DNA of 50,067 nucleotides from Chiloscyllium plagiosum (taxonomy: Eukaryota): contig NC_057754.1 in the NCBI RefSeq assembly GCF_004010195.1, positions 3,381,527 through 3,431,593 on the forward strand, in the 5' to 3' direction. This document shows positions 46,616-50,067 of this stretch, one piece after another. The notes under the pieces are model-generated. The model did not search any database. It was not told the DNA's origin and was given only the letters and a program-made list of their open reading frames with translations. A program made the translations under genes and the position numbers. The first letter of the stretch is position 1, and each line of letters starts with the position of its first letter.

Positions 46616-47609
46616 TACGGGACCTATCGGTTCTGGTGTCTGTGCTGACATCTTCAGAGGAGTTGGTTTCAGCTGAGGGGGCAGCTGTTTCTGAGACGCT
46701 TGGAGGAGTGATTCCCTTTTGAAAGAGGAGGATGAATTGAAGATGGGGCGTGGGGAGTGTGTGGAGACTGACAGCAGAACCCCTCTGTCCCCTGTCCTTT
46801 GAGACTGCAGTGAGTAGGAATGGAGGGGGAGAGGGAGTTTTAACCCTCTTTCTGTCTCTGCATGTTTCTCACAGTCAGATTTTTAATAGAATGGATTTAG
46901 CTGAGTGAAAAATGCTCAAGAATCCCATTGTGGTCCAAGGCTGAGTAGGCAAGGCTCCCTCTTCGATCGTGGGGACTGCAGAGTGGAGGGAAGGTGGGGG
47001 TGTTTGTAAATTGATTGATTAATGCCAAACGGAGCGCTCAGAGCTGCAGGGTGAGGTGCGTTTCAAAGCAGGCTTGTGTGTAGAGCAGCAGCAGCAGAGA
47101 GAGACTTTCCTGGGCATTAACCGACTGAGTTCCCGGGTCAGTGCCCTGCCTGTCCCAGATTAATATCAGCAGCAATCCCCCCACCCCCACCCCCGGCCTC
47201 ACCTCCTGGCCAGGCTGTGAAAATTGTGCATTTGCTTAGCGCCTTTCTCCTCTTCTCCAGACCCCCCCCCCCAAAAGGGCCGAGGGAAGCCTCCTTTCCT
47301 GTTTGCGCACAGCAAGCTCCCAGAAACAAGCAGAGCTCGATGAGGTTTGGTTGGGGTCTGGTTACCGGTCACCCCTTGCCCCTTCTTTGAGAAGTGCCTG
47401 GCTGGTCAGACAGTTCAAGTGGAAGGTGGCGTTGCCCCTCTGTCGCCACCAGCAGTGCCAGCCTTGATGATGTGGTCAGGTCTCTGGGAGGGGGGCATCT
47501 CTGACCCTTGGACCTGTGAATAGATGTGAGAGGGAGAGTTTGGGTGGACTGCAGCTGACAGTTCGGTGCCCACTGTGGGTGACTCTGCCTTCCAGTCACC
47601 AGTATTAGC

Positions 47610-48407
47610 CGATGTAACTCACTCCCAGGTAGCTGATAGTCCATTGTAACCGACTCCAAACCCCTCAATTAGGTTACAGTCTGTAACTCACTCCCGGGGA
47701 TCTGTTATTCTGTATATAACCCACCCCGAACCCCTTGATTAGATTCCAGTCTGTAACTCACTCCCGGGTATCTGTTATTCTGTATAGAACCCCACCAAAC
47801 CCCTTGATTAGATTCCAGTCTGTAACTCACTCCCGGGTATCTGTTATTCTGTATAGAACCCCACCAAACTCCTTGATTATATTCCATCTGTAACTCGCTC
47901 CCAAGGGTCCATTATTCTGTATATAATCCCATTCCGAACCACTCGATTAGATTCCAGTTTGTAACTCACTCTCAGGTATCTATTATTCTGTATATAAACC
48001 ACCCCGAGCCCCTCGATTAGATTCCAGTCTGTAATTCACTCCCAGGTATCTGTTATTCTGTATAGAACCCCACTAAACCCCTTGATTAGATTCAATCTGT
48101 AACTCGCTCCCAAGGGTCCATTATTCTGTATATAACCCCATTCCGAACTACTCGATTAGATTCCAGTCTTTAATTCACTCCCGGGATCGATTATTCTGTA
48201 TATAATCCCATTCCGAACCACTCGATTCGAGTCCAGTTTGTAACTCACTCTCAGGTACCTGATAGTCCATTTATAACCCACCCCAAACCCGTCAATTAGA
48301 TTCCAGTCTGTGAATCCCCCCAGATATCTGTTATTCTGTGTGTAATACACCCCCGCCAAACCTCTTAATGAGATTGCAATCTGGAAGTCACTCCTGTGTA
48401 TCTGTTA
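47610..48407. repeat. About 70-bp satellite, about 11 copies
   Basis: Unit tgtaactcactcccgggtatctgttattctgtatataaccccaccccgaaccccttgattagattccagtc. Confidence 0.93.
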
Positions 48408-48904
48408 GGCTCTGCCTGTGAAGTGGCACTGTGTTGCAGTGTGTTCGGGTTCAGTCGATGTTATTGTGGTTTGGAATCAGAATGGGTGATATGGTGTACT
48501 ATTCTCCTGAACCTGGGATCAGATACCCAGAGCAAGGCATGGTGGGGCTTGGGAAAGTGAGGCATGTTGCTAGGTTGTTCTCTCTGTCTCTGTCTTCCTC
48601 ACTGCCCCCTCAGCTGCCAATTCCCCACTGCCCTAACTTCCCATTTCTGTGTGTGCCTCACAGGCAGACTGCACTGTCACTGTTCAACTGAAGCAGTCGA
48701 TGAAAGCACTGCCTGACTGATACAAGCAACCTACTCCCTCCCTCTCTCTTTCTTTCTCTCTCTCTCTCTCTCTCTCTTTCACTCACTCACACTCTCACAT
48801 GCACTGATTCTCACTGGGGTATGAGCAAACACACACTCCCACTGTCTGCCTCTCTGATTTTCAGCACAATAAGTAAAATGGAGCTTTACATTCGGTTTAA
48901 AACA

Positions 48905-49367
48905 ATAGAGGGAGCTTTACTCCGTATCTAACCCCGTGCTGTCCCTATCCTGGCTGTGTTTGGTGGGGGACAGTGTAGAGAGAGCTTTACTCTGTATCTA
49001 ACCCCGTGCTGTCCCTGGGAGTGTTTGATGGGGACAGTGTAGAGGGATATTTACTCTGTATCGAACCCCGTGCTGCCCCTGTCCTGTGGAGTGTTTGATG
49101 GGGGACAGTGTAGAGGGAGCTTTACTCTGTATCTAACCCCGTGCTGTCCCTGTCCTGGGAGTGTTTGATGGGGGACAGTGTAGAGGGAGATTTACTCTGT
49201 ATTTAACCCCGTGCTGTCCCTGTCCTGGGGAGTGTTTGATGGGGGGACAGTGTAGAGGGAGCTTTACCCTGTATCTAACCCCGTGTTGCCCCTGTCCTGG
49301 GGAGTGTTTGATGATGGACAGTGTAGAGGGAGATAAACTCTGTATCTAACCCTGTCCTGGGAGCTTT
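48905..49367 (+). repeat. About 70-bp satellite, about 7 copies
   Basis: Unit gtgtagagggagctttactctgtatctaaccccgtgctgtccctgtcctgggagtgtttgatggggaca. Confidence 0.93.
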
Positions 49368-50067
49368 AATTTCAAAGAGTAGAGAGTTGTTTTTAATGAG
49401 CCAGAGGATAACATTTCTGCACACTGGCCTCACATTGATCTTGAGGTGACTGGACAGTGCCATACTGGAAGCCACCACAGAGGGGTGAGATGATACAGGT
49501 AGGCACTTCTTTCGCTGCTTTAGACATCCTGATAAGAGATGCTCCGAATCCCTCCCTGAAAATGCCGCTTCTGCAGCTTTCGTGGTCTTGGGGAGAGATG
49601 TCCTGAAGTCGATGGGGACACTGCATTGTAACGTTTCCTCTGGCCTCCTGCTCACCCACCACCCTGTTTGGAGTCAGGAGCATGTTTTATGACACAGGGC
49701 CTGACTCCAGGTGATGCTGACCTGGGATAAGACACTAGTGTCAGAGCATCTGTCCTTTCTGTGGATATGTACAAGTGTCGCTACTGATGAATGCTGGAAG
49801 GATCAGAGGCATCGACGTGTCTCTGATAAGGACAGGAGGGTTGGACATTGCTCTGACTCCACCCCATGGTCTTTAACTGAAATATTAATTGTCCCAGTAC
49901 ATCTCTCAGCAGATGCAACTAAGATCTGTGGTTGGGAGGGGCTGTGGGTGCGTGCCCCGCTCTGTGGGACCTGCTGCCTGGAACCTGTGACTTTCTGCCT
50001 CCAGAGGAATGTGTTTTTACATCACTCTCACTCTCTCTCTCTCACTCTCTCTCTCACTCTCACTCTC

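Noticed and set aside
47261..47344. Candidate VEGF exon 2 (acceptors at about 47260 or 47312, donor at about 47344)
   Set aside because: The phases do not give the expected 0-to-1 exon, the donor is weak and there is no clear similarity. The real exon may lie beyond the window.

Overview
Repeat-rich vertebrate genomic DNA, very probably an elasmobranch (shark); this is inferred from HE1-type V-SINEs, CR1-type LINE tails and characteristic satellites. The window has six N gaps. Three + strand genes appear in the same order as human 11q13. (1) A complete NUDT22 coding sequence: 5 coding exons at 7674-16804, 292 aa, all GT-AG with consistent phases, plus a probable non-coding first exon and CCAAT promoter near 5.4-5.7 kb. 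(2) The terminal coding exon of DNAJC4 (27754-27853); its upstream exons are not visible. (3) The signal-peptide exon of a VEGF-family gene (45636-45707), at the VEGFB syntenic position but VEGFA-like in sequence. The rest is transposon-derived: a decayed Penelope-like element (RT plus GIY-YIG), SINEs, CR1 fragments, two solo-LTR-like segments and several tandem repeats. The most striking unannotated signal is a set of about nine short Penelope-related insertions, most with readable 9-15 bp target-site duplications, that carry minimal hammerhead ribozyme motifs, often as long fold-back palindromes. One copy (43289-43322) has an intact core at the exact centre of a perfect 87-bp inverted repeat. 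Protein identifications come from recalled homologue sequences, not database searches. Repeat boundaries are approximate.
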